From: an uncultured bacterium
GTDB lineage: Bacteria; UBP4; UBA4092
Length of the DNA: 64,000 nt
Assembly: GCA_964644695.1 (NCBI GenBank)
Contig: CAZXWN010000001.1
Coordinates: 578,805 to 642,804, forward strand
Direction of reading: 5' to 3'
Shown here: piece by piece, positions 40,007-50,415 of the stretch
Position numbering within the stretch: the stretch's first letter is position 1
Layout: each line of letters opens with the position of its first letter
The notes under the pieces: generated by a model
What the model saw: the letters and a program-made list of their open reading frames with translations, nothing else
What the model was told of the DNA's origin: nothing
Database searches by the model: none
Program-made: the position numbers and the translations under genes

Positions 40007-41734
40007 TTAGTATTTCCGTTCTTTGGGTTGGAACTTGCTAATAACGACAGGTTTATATTTTAGATCCACACCCTTGTCTGTTTTATAAGCCAGAGTGTGT
40101 TTCAAGAAGTTAGCATCATCCCGAGTAGGATAATCTTCACGATAGTGAGCACCGCGGGATTCTTTTCTGGCCAAAGCACTGGTCACTGTTACTTCTGCCA
40201 GCTGAATCAGATTTCCAAGTTCCAAAGCTTCAAGCAAGTCAGAATTAAATTGGGTGCCTTTATCCTGTATAGAAACATTCTCGTATCGTTTTTTGATATC
40301 CTGGATTTTTGCAAGCACTCGTGAAAGGGTTTCTTCTGTACGGAAAACACCTGAATCCGTCATCATTTCTTCTTGCAATTCAGCACGCACCGCACCGACG
40401 GATTCTTTCCCGGTAGCAGACATCATTTTTGCAACTTTGTCCTTGATATTCTTATCCGCATTTTCCGGAAGAGGAGTCCATTCGGCTTTCGAAATATAAC
40501 TCGCCATGTGACGACCGCCCCGTCGACCAAACACAAGAATGTCAACAAGGGAGTTAGTCCCTAAACGGTTGGCTCCATGGACAGAAACACAGGCACACTC
40601 ACCTGCAGCATAAAATCCAGGAACCACGGTGTTATTTTCATCACGAATGACCTGAGCATCCACATTTGTCGGAATACCACCCATCGCATAGTGAGCTGTT
40701 GGCTGAATTGGAATACCCACTTTCGCAGGGTCGATACCCAGATATACACGAACAAACTCAGTAATATCAGGAAGTTTCTTATCAAGAACGTCTTTACCAA
40801 GGTGAGTTAAATCGAGATGGACATAATCTTTGCCATCAATACCACGACCGGCACGAACTTCCTGGTAAATACAACGAGAACAAATATCACGCGGGGAAAG
40901 GTCTTTCATCGTTGGCGAATATCTTTCCATGAACCTTTCGCCATCTTTGTTTCTTAAAATTCCACCCTCACCACGGGCTGCTTCAGAAAGAAGGATACCC
41001 ATTTTATAAATTCCTGTTGGATGGAACTGGAAGAACTCCATATCTTCAAGAGGAAGGTTTTGATTATAAACAATTGCCATTCCGTCACCCGTTAAAGCGT
41101 GGGCATTGGATGTGATTTTAAACATTCGTCCAGAACCACCTGTTGCAAATAAAACGGATTTGGCATGGAATGTATGGATTTCACCTGTGGCGATACTATA
41201 CGCCACAACACCACAACACACTCCTTCGTTCATAATTACATCCAGAACATGATATTCATCAAAGAATTTCACATTCTGTTTAATACACTGTTGATAGAGT
41301 GTCTGTAAAATCATATGCCCGGTACGGTCAGCAGCAAAACAGGATCGCATAACGGGTCCTTCACCAAAATTCCGGCTATGACCACCAAAACGACGCTGGT
41401 CAATTTTACCTTCGGGTGTCCGGTTAAAGGGCAAACCCATATGTTCTAATTGAATAACAGTTTCAATGGCATCTCGGCACATTATTTCTGCGGCATCTTG
41501 GTCAGTCAAATAGTCGCCACCCTTACAGGTGTCGAACATATGCCATTCCCAATGGTCTTCTTCTTTGTTTCCGAGAGCAGCACCAATACCACCCTGAGCA
41601 GCACCTGTATGTGACCGTGTGGGATATAGTTTACTGATAACAGCAATGTTCGCGCCACTTTTTGAAGCTTCCAACGCTGCAAAGAGACCGGCTCCACCAG
41701 CCCCAACAATTACTGCGTCAAATTTATGAATCAC
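40007..41734 (-). CDS. sdhA: Succinate dehydrogenase flavoprotein subunit
   Basis: 575 aa; FAD-binding GAGGAGL, covalent-FAD His region ([10 protein letters not shown]), catalytic Arg/His motifs. Confidence 0.95.
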   Translation of the reverse strand: MIHKFDAVIVGAGGAGLFAALEASKSGANIAVISKLYPTRSHTGAAQGGIGAALGNKEEDHWEWHMFDTCKGGDYLTDQDAAEIMCRDAIETVIQLEHMGLPFNRTPEGKIDQRRFGGHSRNFGEGPVMRSCFAADRTGHMILQTLYQQCIKQNVKFFDEYHVLDVIMNEGVCCGVVAYSIATGEIHTFHAKSVLFATGGSGRMFKITSNAHALTGDGMAIVYNQNLPLEDMEFFQFHPTGIYKMGILLSEAARGEGGILRNKDGERFMERYSPTMKDLSPRDICSRCIYQEVRAGRGIDGKDYVHLDLTHLGKDVLDKKLPDITEFVRVYLGIDPAKVGIPIQPTAHYAMGGIPTNVDAQVIRDENNTVVPGFYAAGECACVSVHGANRLGTNSLVDILVFGRRGGRHMASYISKAEWTPLPENADKNIKDKVAKMMSATGKESVGAVRAELQEEMMTDSGVFRTEETLSRVLAKIQDIKKRYENVSIQDKGTQFNSDLLEALELGNLIQLAEVTVTSALARKESRGAHYREDYPTRDDANFLKHTLAYKTDKGVDLKYKPVVISKFQPKERKY

Positions 41735-41757
41735 GATGTATTACTCCTTTAATCAGA

Positions 41758-42228
41758 TTACTGAGTTACTACTGAAGTACTGTCTATTGCTGTTGTATCC
41801 AACATGGCAGGTTCCGTAACACTGGATTTGTTTACTTGCATATGCGGTAACAATGGATTGAAAGTTAAAATCCCCACAGAACCATAAATTAAAAGGGCCA
41901 GAGTTGCCACATAAACCAAACTATTCAAGGCGACTCGAAGTCCCTGGGGTCGAATATAATCATCAATAACATAGCGAACACCATTGCAACCATGGAACAT
42001 GGCTAAAACCAACATAATGATGTCATAGGTCTTCCAGAAGGGAGTTGAATAACGTTGTGCTACCCACTCATAGGTAATGTTCCAACTATCCATGGTAATG
42101 TGCATCATACTGAAGTGGATCAAGGCCATAAATAACAGGATTAATCCGGATACCCGTGTGAACCACCAGGCAATTAATTCAATACCACTGGATGGCTGGG
42201 CTTTAGGTCCATAATTATTTCTAGACAT
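41758..42228 (-). CDS. sdhD: Succinate dehydrogenase hydrophobic membrane anchor subunit
   Basis: 156 aa with 3 TM helices; position between sdhC and sdhA. Confidence 0.65.
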   Translation of the reverse strand: MSRNNYGPKAQPSSGIELIAWWFTRVSGLILLFMALIHFSMMHITMDSWNITYEWVAQRYSTPFWKTYDIIMLVLAMFHGCNGVRYVIDDYIRPQGLRVALNSLVYVATLALLIYGSVGILTFNPLLPHMQVNKSSVTEPAMLDTTAIDSTSVVTQ

Positions 42229-42249
42229 AAGAAGTAAATTCTCCTTGGA

Positions 42250-42630
42250 TTACTTGATGAAGTTGGCTATAACGGTTTTGTAAATCATTTCGTAGAAACC
42301 ATAAATAGCCAAAAGGGTGAAGAGTACCATCTGGATGTAAAATAATTTCTTTTGGAAAACCTGGATGCTATCAAAAATATCCATCAAAGCAATCCTTGTT
42401 CCATTTAAAGCATGGTACAAAACAACAAGACCCAGACCGTATTCTGCAAAGCGAAGAAAATTATAACGATACAAATTTAGAGCACTTTCAAAATTTTCCG
42501 GTCCATAAGATAACATGCTCATTTCAATGATGTGTGCGAAAAGAAAAGCAAAGATTGCCAGACCGCTTAAACGATGAAACGCCCAAGCAAGCATGCCTTC
42601 TCTTCCTTTGTACTTGAGGACTTCTAACAT
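42250..42630 (-). CDS. sdhC: Succinate dehydrogenase cytochrome b subunit
   Basis: 126 aa with 3 TM helices and a heme-ligand His (HRLSGLAIF...H); first gene of the sdh operon. Confidence 0.7.
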   Translation of the reverse strand: MLEVLKYKGREGMLAWAFHRLSGLAIFAFLFAHIIEMSMLSYGPENFESALNLYRYNFLRFAEYGLGLVVLYHALNGTRIALMDIFDSIQVFQKKLFYIQMVLFTLLAIYGFYEMIYKTVIANFIK

Positions 42631-42696
42631 AGTACCCCCTTGTCAGGAATGATATTTAGAGTTTTAATATACGATTTATTCGCTCAGTAGGTATAT

Positions 42697-42728
42697 AAAT
42701 TTTATCCTATTTTCTAAAGGCCTGTCAA
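42697..42728 (-). promoter_or_regulatory. Sigma-70-type promoter for sdhCDAB (minus strand: TTGACA - 17/18 nt - ATAAAAT)
   Basis: Reverse complement of 42723-42728 is TTGACA; an A/T -10 (ATAAAA / TAAAAT) lies 17-18 nt downstream, about 60 nt before the sdhC start. Confidence 0.5.
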
Positions 42729-42805
42729 ACGACCGAAGATTAAGTCTTTTTTGCGTTTTTTTATTAACAAAATCAATCGTTTACAAACCCTAGAATAAGA
42801 ATCAA

Positions 42806-43912
42806 TTATCGACCAAAAAATCGCTTAGGTTGAGGAGGTGGTGCAGAAGCATTATTTTTCTGCATCATAGTATTATGGAAGGTACGTGGGTCATTAGATC
42901 GAGTAAGAGCATCCTCATAAGAGATATAACCCTGTTGATACAGGGAGATTAGAGAATTATCCATCGTTATCATACCCAGTTCACCACCGGATTGAATCAT
43001 TGACAGTAACTGCTCTGTTTTTTGCTGCCGAACAATATTACGTATAGCAGGAGTCACAACCATTAATTCTAAGGCCATCACCCTACCTCCGCCTTGTTTG
43101 GGAATTAATTGCTGTGCAATGACACCTTCAAGACAAGCAGCAAGTTGAACTCTAATCTGTTCTTGTTGATTTGAGGGGAAAACATCAATAATTCGGTCAA
43201 TAGTCTGTGGCACATTAGGCGTGTGTAAGGTCGCAAGGACCAAGTGCCCAGTTTCAGCTGCGGTAATTGCTGTAGATATTGTTTCCAAATCCCGCATTTC
43301 ACCAATACAGATAACATCAGGATCTTGTCTTAATATATGCCGGAGACCATTTGCAAAAGAATGTGTATCACTGCCAACTTCGCGCTGCTTCACAATCCCC
43401 TTTCGATGATAAAGCACATATTCAATAGGATCTTCAATAGTAATAATAAGACAATTTCTTTCAGAATTGATTTGATCCAACATGGCTGCCAGAGTTGTTG
43501 TTTTCCCCATACCTGTTGGACCAGTAACTAAAATCAATCCATTTGTTTTCCGGGTCAATCCTATTACAGTATTAGGCAATCCCAACTCTGTCAGTGAGCG
43601 GATTTTATCAGGAATTGCCCTGAATGCAGCTTCCACAACTCCCCGTTGCCTATGTACATTAACCCTGAATCGCCCAATACCTTCTAATGAAACAGAAAGG
43701 TCAAGCTCCCAAGAGTCTTCGAATTTTGCTCTTTGTTCACTGTTAAGTATTGAATAAACCATTTCCCGACTAATTTCAGGAGTCAAAACATCTCTACAAC
43801 ATGGTTTTAGAACGCCATCTAACCTCATCATTGGAGGCGCACCAACAGTCAAATGTAAATCCGAAGCACCTTTTTCAAATATCATGGCGAGTAAGGAACG
43901 TAAATCAACCAT
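42806..43912 (-). CDS. pilT: Type IV pilus retraction ATPase PilT
   Basis: 368 aa; Walker A GPTGMGKTTT, Asp box and His box of PilT/PilU secretion ATPases. Confidence 0.9.
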   Translation of the reverse strand: MVDLRSLLAMIFEKGASDLHLTVGAPPMMRLDGVLKPCCRDVLTPEISREMVYSILNSEQRAKFEDSWELDLSVSLEGIGRFRVNVHRQRGVVEAAFRAIPDKIRSLTELGLPNTVIGLTRKTNGLILVTGPTGMGKTTTLAAMLDQINSERNCLIITIEDPIEYVLYHRKGIVKQREVGSDTHSFANGLRHILRQDPDVICIGEMRDLETISTAITAAETGHLVLATLHTPNVPQTIDRIIDVFPSNQQEQIRVQLAACLEGVIAQQLIPKQGGGRVMALELMVVTPAIRNIVRQQKTEQLLSMIQSGGELGMITMDNSLISLYQQGYISYEDALTRSNDPRTFHNTMMQKNNASAPPPQPKRFFGR

Positions 43913-43915
43913 AGG

Positions 43916-45115
43916 TTAGTCCTCCAAAGATAGGGGTATTTCTTGATTAGAAGTAATTGCCATTATTGCGTCAGCCACCAATTGCCCGGAATGTTTTACA
44001 ACTAACTTTTCCATATGATGTTTCAATTCGCTAATCATCTCAGGTGTATGTATTAATTTACGAATAACATTGGTAATATCTTCCATGTCATCAATTCTTA
44101 ACGCTGCTTTTTTTTCTAACAGAAATCGACAATTTTTTTCTTCTTGGCCAGGAAGAGGTTGAACCATAATCATGGGTAAGTTTTTTGCTAACGCTTCGGT
44201 TGTAGTCATACCACCTGGTTTTGAAATAAGGATATCACTAACACTCATTAAATCATGGACATTATTGATGTAACCAAAAACATGAATTGGTATTTTTGTA
44301 CTTTTCTTTAACCAAGTAAGAGAACGACGCATTTTAGTGTTCAATCCAGTAATCACAACTAATTGAATCTTTTCATTGTGATGACTCAATATATTGATCA
44401 TCTTTCGGAATGGACCTAGCCCCTGACTTCCTCCCATTATCAGAACAACAGGCAAATTAGAATCAAATCCTAGCTCTCTCTTAAGTTTTAATCGCTCCTC
44501 ATTAGAATATTCTTTTTCAAAAACAGGTTTAATTGGTATTCCTAATACTTTCACTTTATAAGGATCAACACCAGATTCAACCAAACCCTGTTTTGTATAT
44601 TCTGAGGGAACAGTGTAAAGATCAACCTCTGGATGAATCCAGTATGCATTTGCAACAAAATCTGTTACCACAGCAACTAGTGGAATTTTGATACCAAGAT
44701 CCCGTTTTAATGAAGCATAAACTTCACAGGGAAAGGCCTGCGTACAAACTATTGCCGAGGGCTTAATTTCTTGTAGAACATGATGGAATTTATTTGCAGC
44801 TTGTTTTGTAGTTATATTTCTCAGATGTGATATTCGTTCAGCAACCTTCTCATTGTCATAAAGATAGTCCCAAATCTCAGGAGTCGTTTTTAGAATACTC
44901 AGATAAGTAGAATTAATCATTTGTTCAAGATAAGGGCTCTTGATACAGTCAAAAAAATTCTGTGTTAGTACTTCAACCTCAGAATAGAATGTTTTAAGTG
45001 AGTTTTCAACAGCCATTGCTGCATGCTGATGTCCCGATCTCCGGGAAATTGATAGAACTAAAATTCGTGACATATCAAGTTTCTTCCCCATGTATTTTTT
45101 TTCATAGTACCACAT
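43916..45115 (-). CDS. GT28-family glycosyltransferase (MGDG synthase / UgtP / MurG-like, GT-B fold)
   Basis: N-terminal MGDG-synthase-like motif RILVLSISRRSGHQHAAMAVEN; C-terminal GT-B nucleotide-sugar-binding half. The likely start is the internal Met at 45073. Confidence 0.65.
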   Translation of the reverse strand: MWYYEKKYMGKKLDMSRILVLSISRRSGHQHAAMAVENSLKTFYSEVEVLTQNFFDCIKSPYLEQMINSTYLSILKTTPEIWDYLYDNEKVAERISHLRNITTKQAANKFHHVLQEIKPSAIVCTQAFPCEVYASLKRDLGIKIPLVAVVTDFVANAYWIHPEVDLYTVPSEYTKQGLVESGVDPYKVKVLGIPIKPVFEKEYSNEERLKLKRELGFDSNLPVVLIMGGSQGLGPFRKMINILSHHNEKIQLVVITGLNTKMRRSLTWLKKSTKIPIHVFGYINNVHDLMSVSDILISKPGGMTTTEALAKNLPMIMVQPLPGQEEKNCRFLLEKKAALRIDDMEDITNVIRKLIHTPEMISELKHHMEKLVVKHSGQLVADAIMAITSNQEIPLSLED

Positions 45116-45142
45116 CGATACAACATGAGCACTATCTAGTAG

Positions 45143-46276
45143 TTATCTAGATAGCTCCATCATTTTTTCCAATGATATTTTTGCCCATGACCGGATCGGT
45201 TCATCGACTTTTACCTGATTAATAATGGTTTTATTTACCAAACCTTCTAAAACCCAACATAGATAAGCTGGATGTATTCTATACATGGTTGAACATGGAC
45301 AAACTATTGGATCAAGACAATAAATCATCTTATCTGGCATTTCATCCTGCAATCGTGAAACTAGATTTACTTCAGTACCTACTGCCCATTGACTACCTGT
45401 CTCAGATTCTCTAATTGTTTTTACAATATATTCTGTCGATCCATACATATCAGCTGCCATAACAACATCCATAGGACATTCTGGATGAACGATAATTTTA
45501 ATACCAGGATACTCAAGTCGAGCTTTGTTTATTTGTTCAACATTAAAACGAGAATGAACAGAACAGTGTCCCTTCCACAAAATTACTCGTTTATACTTTA
45601 ATATATGGGCCTCATTTCCGCCCATCTTTTGATTTGGATCCCAAAGAACCATGTCTTCAAGTGGTATATGTGCTTTATATGCAGTAATTCTGCCAAGATG
45701 CTGGTCAGGAAAAAACAAGACATGTTTACCTTGCTTTAGTGCCCAATCGACAATCTTTGGTGCATTTGAGGATGTGCAGACAACGCCCCCTCTTTCACCA
45801 ACAAAACCTTTCAAGGATGCTGAACAATTTATATACGTAACAGGAATAATATCATCTAACCCAGCTTTTCGAAGATCATTCCAACAAGACATAACTTGCT
45901 GAGGGTTCGCCATATCAGCCATCGAACAACCAGCATCCATGTTAGGCAATATAACTATTTGATTATCTTGGCTTAATATATCAGCCGATTCTGCCATAAA
46001 ATGGACACCACAAAAAATGATGAATTGTGCATCATGGTGTTGACTCGCTAATTGAGCTAGTTTTAATGAGTCCCCACGATAATCAGCATGCATAACAATC
46101 TCATCACGCTGATAATGATGCCCTAAGATAACAACAGAATTACCTAACTTTTTTTTTGCACTGTGAATTCTAGATACTAGTTCAGATGAAGTTAATTTTT
46201 TATATTCGGTGGGCAACGAAGAGTTTAATACATTATAGTCTTCACCACAGTTTTGGCTTGCTTTAATTGGATTCAT
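45143..46276 (-). CDS. nadA: Quinolinate synthase (with an N-terminal extension of about 50 aa)
   Basis: 377 aa; three-fold repeated NadA fold with cluster Cys residues (GVHFMAES ... IVHPECP ... CPCSTM). Confidence 0.8.
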   Translation of the reverse strand: MNPIKASQNCGEDYNVLNSSLPTEYKKLTSSELVSRIHSAKKKLGNSVVILGHHYQRDEIVMHADYRGDSLKLAQLASQHHDAQFIIFCGVHFMAESADILSQDNQIVILPNMDAGCSMADMANPQQVMSCWNDLRKAGLDDIIPVTYINCSASLKGFVGERGGVVCTSSNAPKIVDWALKQGKHVLFFPDQHLGRITAYKAHIPLEDMVLWDPNQKMGGNEAHILKYKRVILWKGHCSVHSRFNVEQINKARLEYPGIKIIVHPECPMDVVMAADMYGSTEYIVKTIRESETGSQWAVGTEVNLVSRLQDEMPDKMIYCLDPIVCPCSTMYRIHPAYLCWVLEGLVNKTIINQVKVDEPIRSWAKISLEKMMELSR

Positions 46277-46356
46277 CTTGTTTCCTCTTTTCTTATCATA
46301 TTAAATTCTAGATTTCTTAGTGAACCACGTCAATTTATGATATTTTATTAAAGATA

Positions 46357-47643
46357 ATGAATAATTTTCCAATACCTGACTTTTCCGAACAAAATAGTTT
46401 TTCCACTAATGCAATGGTATCTACCATGCATCCTTTGGCCTCTCAAATTGCTATTGATGTTCTAAAAAAGGGAGGGCATGCGGTTGATGCTGCGTTATCT
46501 GCTGCCTTTATTCTTTCTATTATCTACCCATTTGCTTGTGGTCCAGGCAGTGATTTAGTTGCTTTATGTTGGGATAACTCAAAAGGTCATGTGCACGGAT
46601 TATTAGCATTATCTTCTATTCCCGATAATGTTTTAAAGAATTGGGATGAGAATTCTAAATTCCCAGAATTAGGTCCACTTTCAATGGGAATACCAGGAAC
46701 AGTATCTGGCTGGTTCGATTTGCACCAAAAATTTGGTAAATTACCATTAGATCAACTCATTTCCCCAGCCATTTATTATTCCAATGCAGGTATTCCTGTA
46801 CCTGAAATGGCTAGTATCTATTGGAAATCACTTGAAGAAAAATTAATGCTGTGGGATACCCCTAGTAAAATATATTTACGAGGGGATCGAGGTCCACATC
46901 CTGGAGAAATATTTAGAAACCCTTCTTTGTCAAGAACTTTTAAGATGCTAGCCCAATATGGTAAAGATATTTTTTATCGTGGAGCTATTGCGCATTCCCT
47001 TGTCAACGATCTTTGTAGTCTGAATTCAACCATTAAATTTGAGGATTTCACAAAATATAAAAGCAAATGGGTTAAACCTGAAGGAATCACTCATGGTACC
47101 CATGAGATATGGTCCTTAATTCACCCAATATTAGATAAAAAATACAACACAAAAATAAATATTGAGAACAATCTAAAAAGAAATTCATCATCTGATCAAA
47201 CCGCCAGTATAAATGACTATGTTGTTAATCCACCGGAAGCAACACTACCAAGAGCACACACTGGAGTAGTTATTAATATTATTGACCGAGAACTGAATAC
47301 TATATCCTTGGTAATGACAAATTACTCGCCTTTTGGTTCAGGATTAACGTCAGAACAATATGGTTTTGCCATGAATAATGCTTTAGCATCATGTTCCAAA
47401 ACTCTGTTAATTAAGTTCCCCTATACACCAATATTAATCACGAAAGATGGAGTATTGAAATCCATTATGGTGCCTAGTACGGAATCCACACTAATTGAAT
47501 ATCTATCATCTCTTGGTATCAATAACCGAACAGAAAAAAAACAGGATTTATCTGAATCTTTTCTGTTGGAATTAATTGATGAGCCCAAACGAATCAAAGG
47601 GTATAACAACAATTCATTTCCAAATTCACTTTCAGGTTACTAA
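46357..47643 (+). CDS. Gamma-glutamyltranspeptidase-family (Ntn-hydrolase) protein, short and divergent
   Basis: 428 aa; GGT-like N-terminus (HPLASQIAIDVLKKGGHAVDAALSAAF) and a candidate nucleophile Thr (AHTGVV); about 100 aa shorter than canonical GGT. Confidence 0.5.
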   Translation: MNNFPIPDFSEQNSFSTNAMVSTMHPLASQIAIDVLKKGGHAVDAALSAAFILSIIYPFACGPGSDLVALCWDNSKGHVHGLLALSSIPDNVLKNWDENSKFPELGPLSMGIPGTVSGWFDLHQKFGKLPLDQLISPAIYYSNAGIPVPEMASIYWKSLEEKLMLWDTPSKIYLRGDRGPHPGEIFRNPSLSRTFKMLAQYGKDIFYRGAIAHSLVNDLCSLNSTIKFEDFTKYKSKWVKPEGITHGTHEIWSLIHPILDKKYNTKINIENNLKRNSSSDQTASINDYVVNPPEATLPRAHTGVVINIIDRELNTISLVMTNYSPFGSGLTSEQYGFAMNNALASCSKTLLIKFPYTPILITKDGVLKSIMVPSTESTLIEYLSSLGINNRTEKKQDLSESFLLELIDEPKRIKGYNNNSFPNSLSGY

Positions 47644-47646
47644 CAA

Positions 47647-47976
47647 ATGCGAGCCATCGTATTACTATCTTTATCAAATATTTTCATGACATTTGCTTGG
47701 TATGGACATTTGAAGTTTAAAAACACAGCTTTGTGGAAAGTAATTTTAATTAGTTGGATGATTGCTTTTGTCGAGTATTGTTTCCAAGTCCCGGCCAATA
47801 GAATTGGCTCATATCATTTTTCAACAGCACAACTTAAAACGATCCAAGAAGTTATAACGCTAATCGTCTTTGCACTATTCTCAATCTTTTATCTCAAAGA
47901 AGAGATGAAATGGAACTATGTTGTTGGTTTTCTGATGATTATAGGAGCTGTTTTTTTTATTTTTAAAAAATGGTGA
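47647..47976 (+). CDS. Small DMT-superfamily membrane protein (DUF486-like)
   Basis: 109 aa with 4 TM helices; 3 nt after the upstream stop. Confidence 0.5.
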   Translation: MRAIVLLSLSNIFMTFAWYGHLKFKNTALWKVILISWMIAFVEYCFQVPANRIGSYHFSTAQLKTIQEVITLIVFALFSIFYLKEEMKWNYVVGFLMIIGAVFFIFKKW

Positions 47977-48003
47977 TAGCAAGTAGGGCAATCACCTTCC
48001 GTT

Positions 48004-50223
48004 TTATTCATTTGGAAGGGGTGCGCGGTCAATCCTTACAACTTTGTATGCGACTTCTCCATCAGGGAGTTTCATAACCACAATATCGCCAACAACTTTA
48101 GTCAAGAAAGATTTAGCTAAAGGAGATAAATAGGAAATAATATTATTATCAGGATTTGCTTCCCATATTCCAAAGATATCGTAATACTCTTCACTATTTG
48201 TTGTCAGATTTATCACTGTCATCCTAGTCCCGAAAGCCACTCTATCAAGTGAATTATTAAGATAATCTAAAACTCTGGCTCGTGAGAGTAAGTCTCGTAA
48301 CTCATCAGCTTGTTTCATTAATACTTTTTGTTTTTGTTTTGCAGCTTGATATTCAGCATTCTCACGCAAATCGCCATGAGCCCTTGCCACCGCGATATCC
48401 TTACTATTTTCTGGCAATTCCACAGAAACAATGTGATTATACTCAGATTGTTTTTTCGCCATCATCGCTGCCGTACAATAGTGAATTGCTGTAGAATCAA
48501 CAGTTTCTCCACTTTTTTCTTTATCTTCAAACAGGTCGGTTCTAGAATTCATTACGGCATATTCAACAGATTTTTTAAAGCTTTCATTAAGAGTTAGATT
48601 GGTATGAAATGAATCCAGCAAATGACGGACATCCTCAACTGGAATATCAATAATCGCCTTTTTTACAATTTTAAAATCATCTGATTCAACTAACTTGCGA
48701 GCTTTCCCCAAAACACTTGAACGAGTTTTCTTATCCATACCATGAAAATATGATGGATTATTTAAATCTTCCATCCAACTCAGAAGATTCGTAATAAAAT
48801 CATAGTATGTAAGTCCAGGGACTTCTACTTTGCCAAGTAAAGCGGATTGCATTCCCCAAAAATAGAGTTCAGGATTTTGATATTTTAGACCTAAAGATCT
48901 TTTCAAAACTTGTGCAGCCAAATCCTTGGCTCTTCCACCCCTAACTTGTTTTAAGGCAAACTCAACAAGACGTCCTGGTGCTTTAATTAAAAAATCATCT
49001 ACTGAATTTATAAATTCAGTAGGACATGTCTGAATCCACGCCTCAAGAATCTTTTTTTGATAATCTAAATTTGAAAATGAAAATATCAAAGAATATACAT
49101 CAGTAGTATTTTTAATAATGTCTGTGAGTGTCTCTGGAAAATTAGGAACATCACCTTTTACTGTTTTAATAAGATATTCATAAACAAAATATAACTTTAC
49201 TTTTTGATCTATATTGTTATCAGACAAATTGTTATAAATATCAATTAAGTTACAGGCCATTTGTTCTGGAGTATCATCCCGTACCTGATGAGCATTTTGG
49301 TATTCAGAATAATCCAATATAACCTGCATTTTATCTGATAAATTAGTTGATTTTATAAATCGTTCAGCAAACTGGCTTGATGTACTTTTTTTGGGGGATT
49401 CCAAGATTTGGATATCTCCTTTTATGGGATCGGTTATGTCAATCATTGAGTGATGTTTTAAAAGAATCTTAACTTTGTTCCACCAAGATGACCATTTATC
49501 TTCTGAAAATACATACCGCGTCACAATAGTTTTAAATGATGAAACAGATATGGAGTTGCCATGAAAACGTAATATCAACTCAACCAATTCTATTGGCTTA
49601 GAATCGGCTATTCCCTTCAAATATCCAGGGCTATTCTTTTCTAAAACTATATAATGGTTTTCTGGAAGTGGCTGCAAAAATTCTTCTGTTCCAGATAGCG
49701 TCATTTTTCTAATCACACCGGAAAAATCCAAAACAATCTGTTGTTGTACAAAATCAATATCTTTTACACGACCAATACCCCAAGCTGAGTGAATGAACAA
49801 CATACTTGGACTGTACTTTATAAATAATTGTAATTTATTCAATTCTTCATAAAAATCGGTACTTGTTTCAATTCCTGAATATAAAAGATATTTATCAATT
49901 AATGGATTCGACGAATACACAGAACGATAAGCATCAACAACCTTTTCCTGCGCCGAGGTGGGAACTAACTTATTTGATGCTAAAAGATTAATTCCAGTAA
50001 GAAGTTCTTTGTAATTTTCTTTTTCTATCCATTGATTGAAAAGCAATTCAAAAAGCTCAGTAATACGGGTTGTTTGACGAAAGTTTAATAATAAACGATA
50101 TACCTGCTTTAGGAAATCCCAGTCAACTAATGAATGCTCCATCACTTTTAACCACTCATTTTCCAACAACTGGTAATCTTGTGATTTTAATGCTGCCAGA
50201 ATATTTTCTCTTGAGTTTTCCAT
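48004..50223 (-). CDS. GreA/GreB-family transcript cleavage factor with an N-terminal extension of about 590 aa
   Basis: 739 aa; the C-terminal 150 aa carry the Gre coiled-coil tip motif (AHGDLRENAEYQAAKQKQ) and the Gre C-terminal FKBP-like domain; the N-terminal region has no recognisable family. Confidence 0.7.
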   Translation of the reverse strand: MENSRENILAALKSQDYQLLENEWLKVMEHSLVDWDFLKQVYRLLLNFRQTTRITELFELLFNQWIEKENYKELLTGINLLASNKLVPTSAQEKVVDAYRSVYSSNPLIDKYLLYSGIETSTDFYEELNKLQLFIKYSPSMLFIHSAWGIGRVKDIDFVQQQIVLDFSGVIRKMTLSGTEEFLQPLPENHYIVLEKNSPGYLKGIADSKPIELVELILRFHGNSISVSSFKTIVTRYVFSEDKWSSWWNKVKILLKHHSMIDITDPIKGDIQILESPKKSTSSQFAERFIKSTNLSDKMQVILDYSEYQNAHQVRDDTPEQMACNLIDIYNNLSDNNIDQKVKLYFVYEYLIKTVKGDVPNFPETLTDIIKNTTDVYSLIFSFSNLDYQKKILEAWIQTCPTEFINSVDDFLIKAPGRLVEFALKQVRGGRAKDLAAQVLKRSLGLKYQNPELYFWGMQSALLGKVEVPGLTYYDFITNLLSWMEDLNNPSYFHGMDKKTRSSVLGKARKLVESDDFKIVKKAIIDIPVEDVRHLLDSFHTNLTLNESFKKSVEYAVMNSRTDLFEDKEKSGETVDSTAIHYCTAAMMAKKQSEYNHIVSVELPENSKDIAVARAHGDLRENAEYQAAKQKQKVLMKQADELRDLLSRARVLDYLNNSLDRVAFGTRMTVINLTTNSEEYYDIFGIWEANPDNNIISYLSPLAKSFLTKVVGDIVVMKLPDGEVAYKVVRIDRAPLPNE

Positions 50224-50273
50224 GGTGATTCCCCTTAATCTGCCATATTGCCACAGAAAGGTTTGATTAAAGT

Positions 50274-50297
50274 ACCCGCCCTGATTACAGGGCGGGT
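50274..50297. terminator. Hairpin downstream of tRNA-Ala (ACCCGCCCTG-atta-CAGGGCGGGT)
   Basis: 10-bp perfect GC-rich stem between the tRNA-Ala 3' end and the GreA-like start. Confidence 0.6.
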
Positions 50298-50304
50298 TAA
50301 TATT

Positions 50305-50380
50305 TGGTGGAGGATAGCGGGGTCGAACCGCCGGCCTCCTCGTTGCGAACGAGGCGCTCTCCCAACTGAGCTAATCCCCC
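50305..50380 (-). tRNA. tRNA-Ala (anticodon CGC)
   Basis: Reverse-complement cloverleaf GGGGGAT...ATCCTCC-A-CCA with the G3:U70 alanine identity pair; anticodon loop TTCGCAA. Confidence 0.88.
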
Positions 50381-50415
50381 ATGATGGAGTCACTTTATAG
50401 ATATTCTAACAAATT

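Noticed and set aside
42631-42805. Possible ncRNA in the 175-nt pilT-sdhC spacer
   Set aside because: I could identify no conserved structure. The sequence is explained by the sdhCDAB promoter and 5' UTR on the minus strand.
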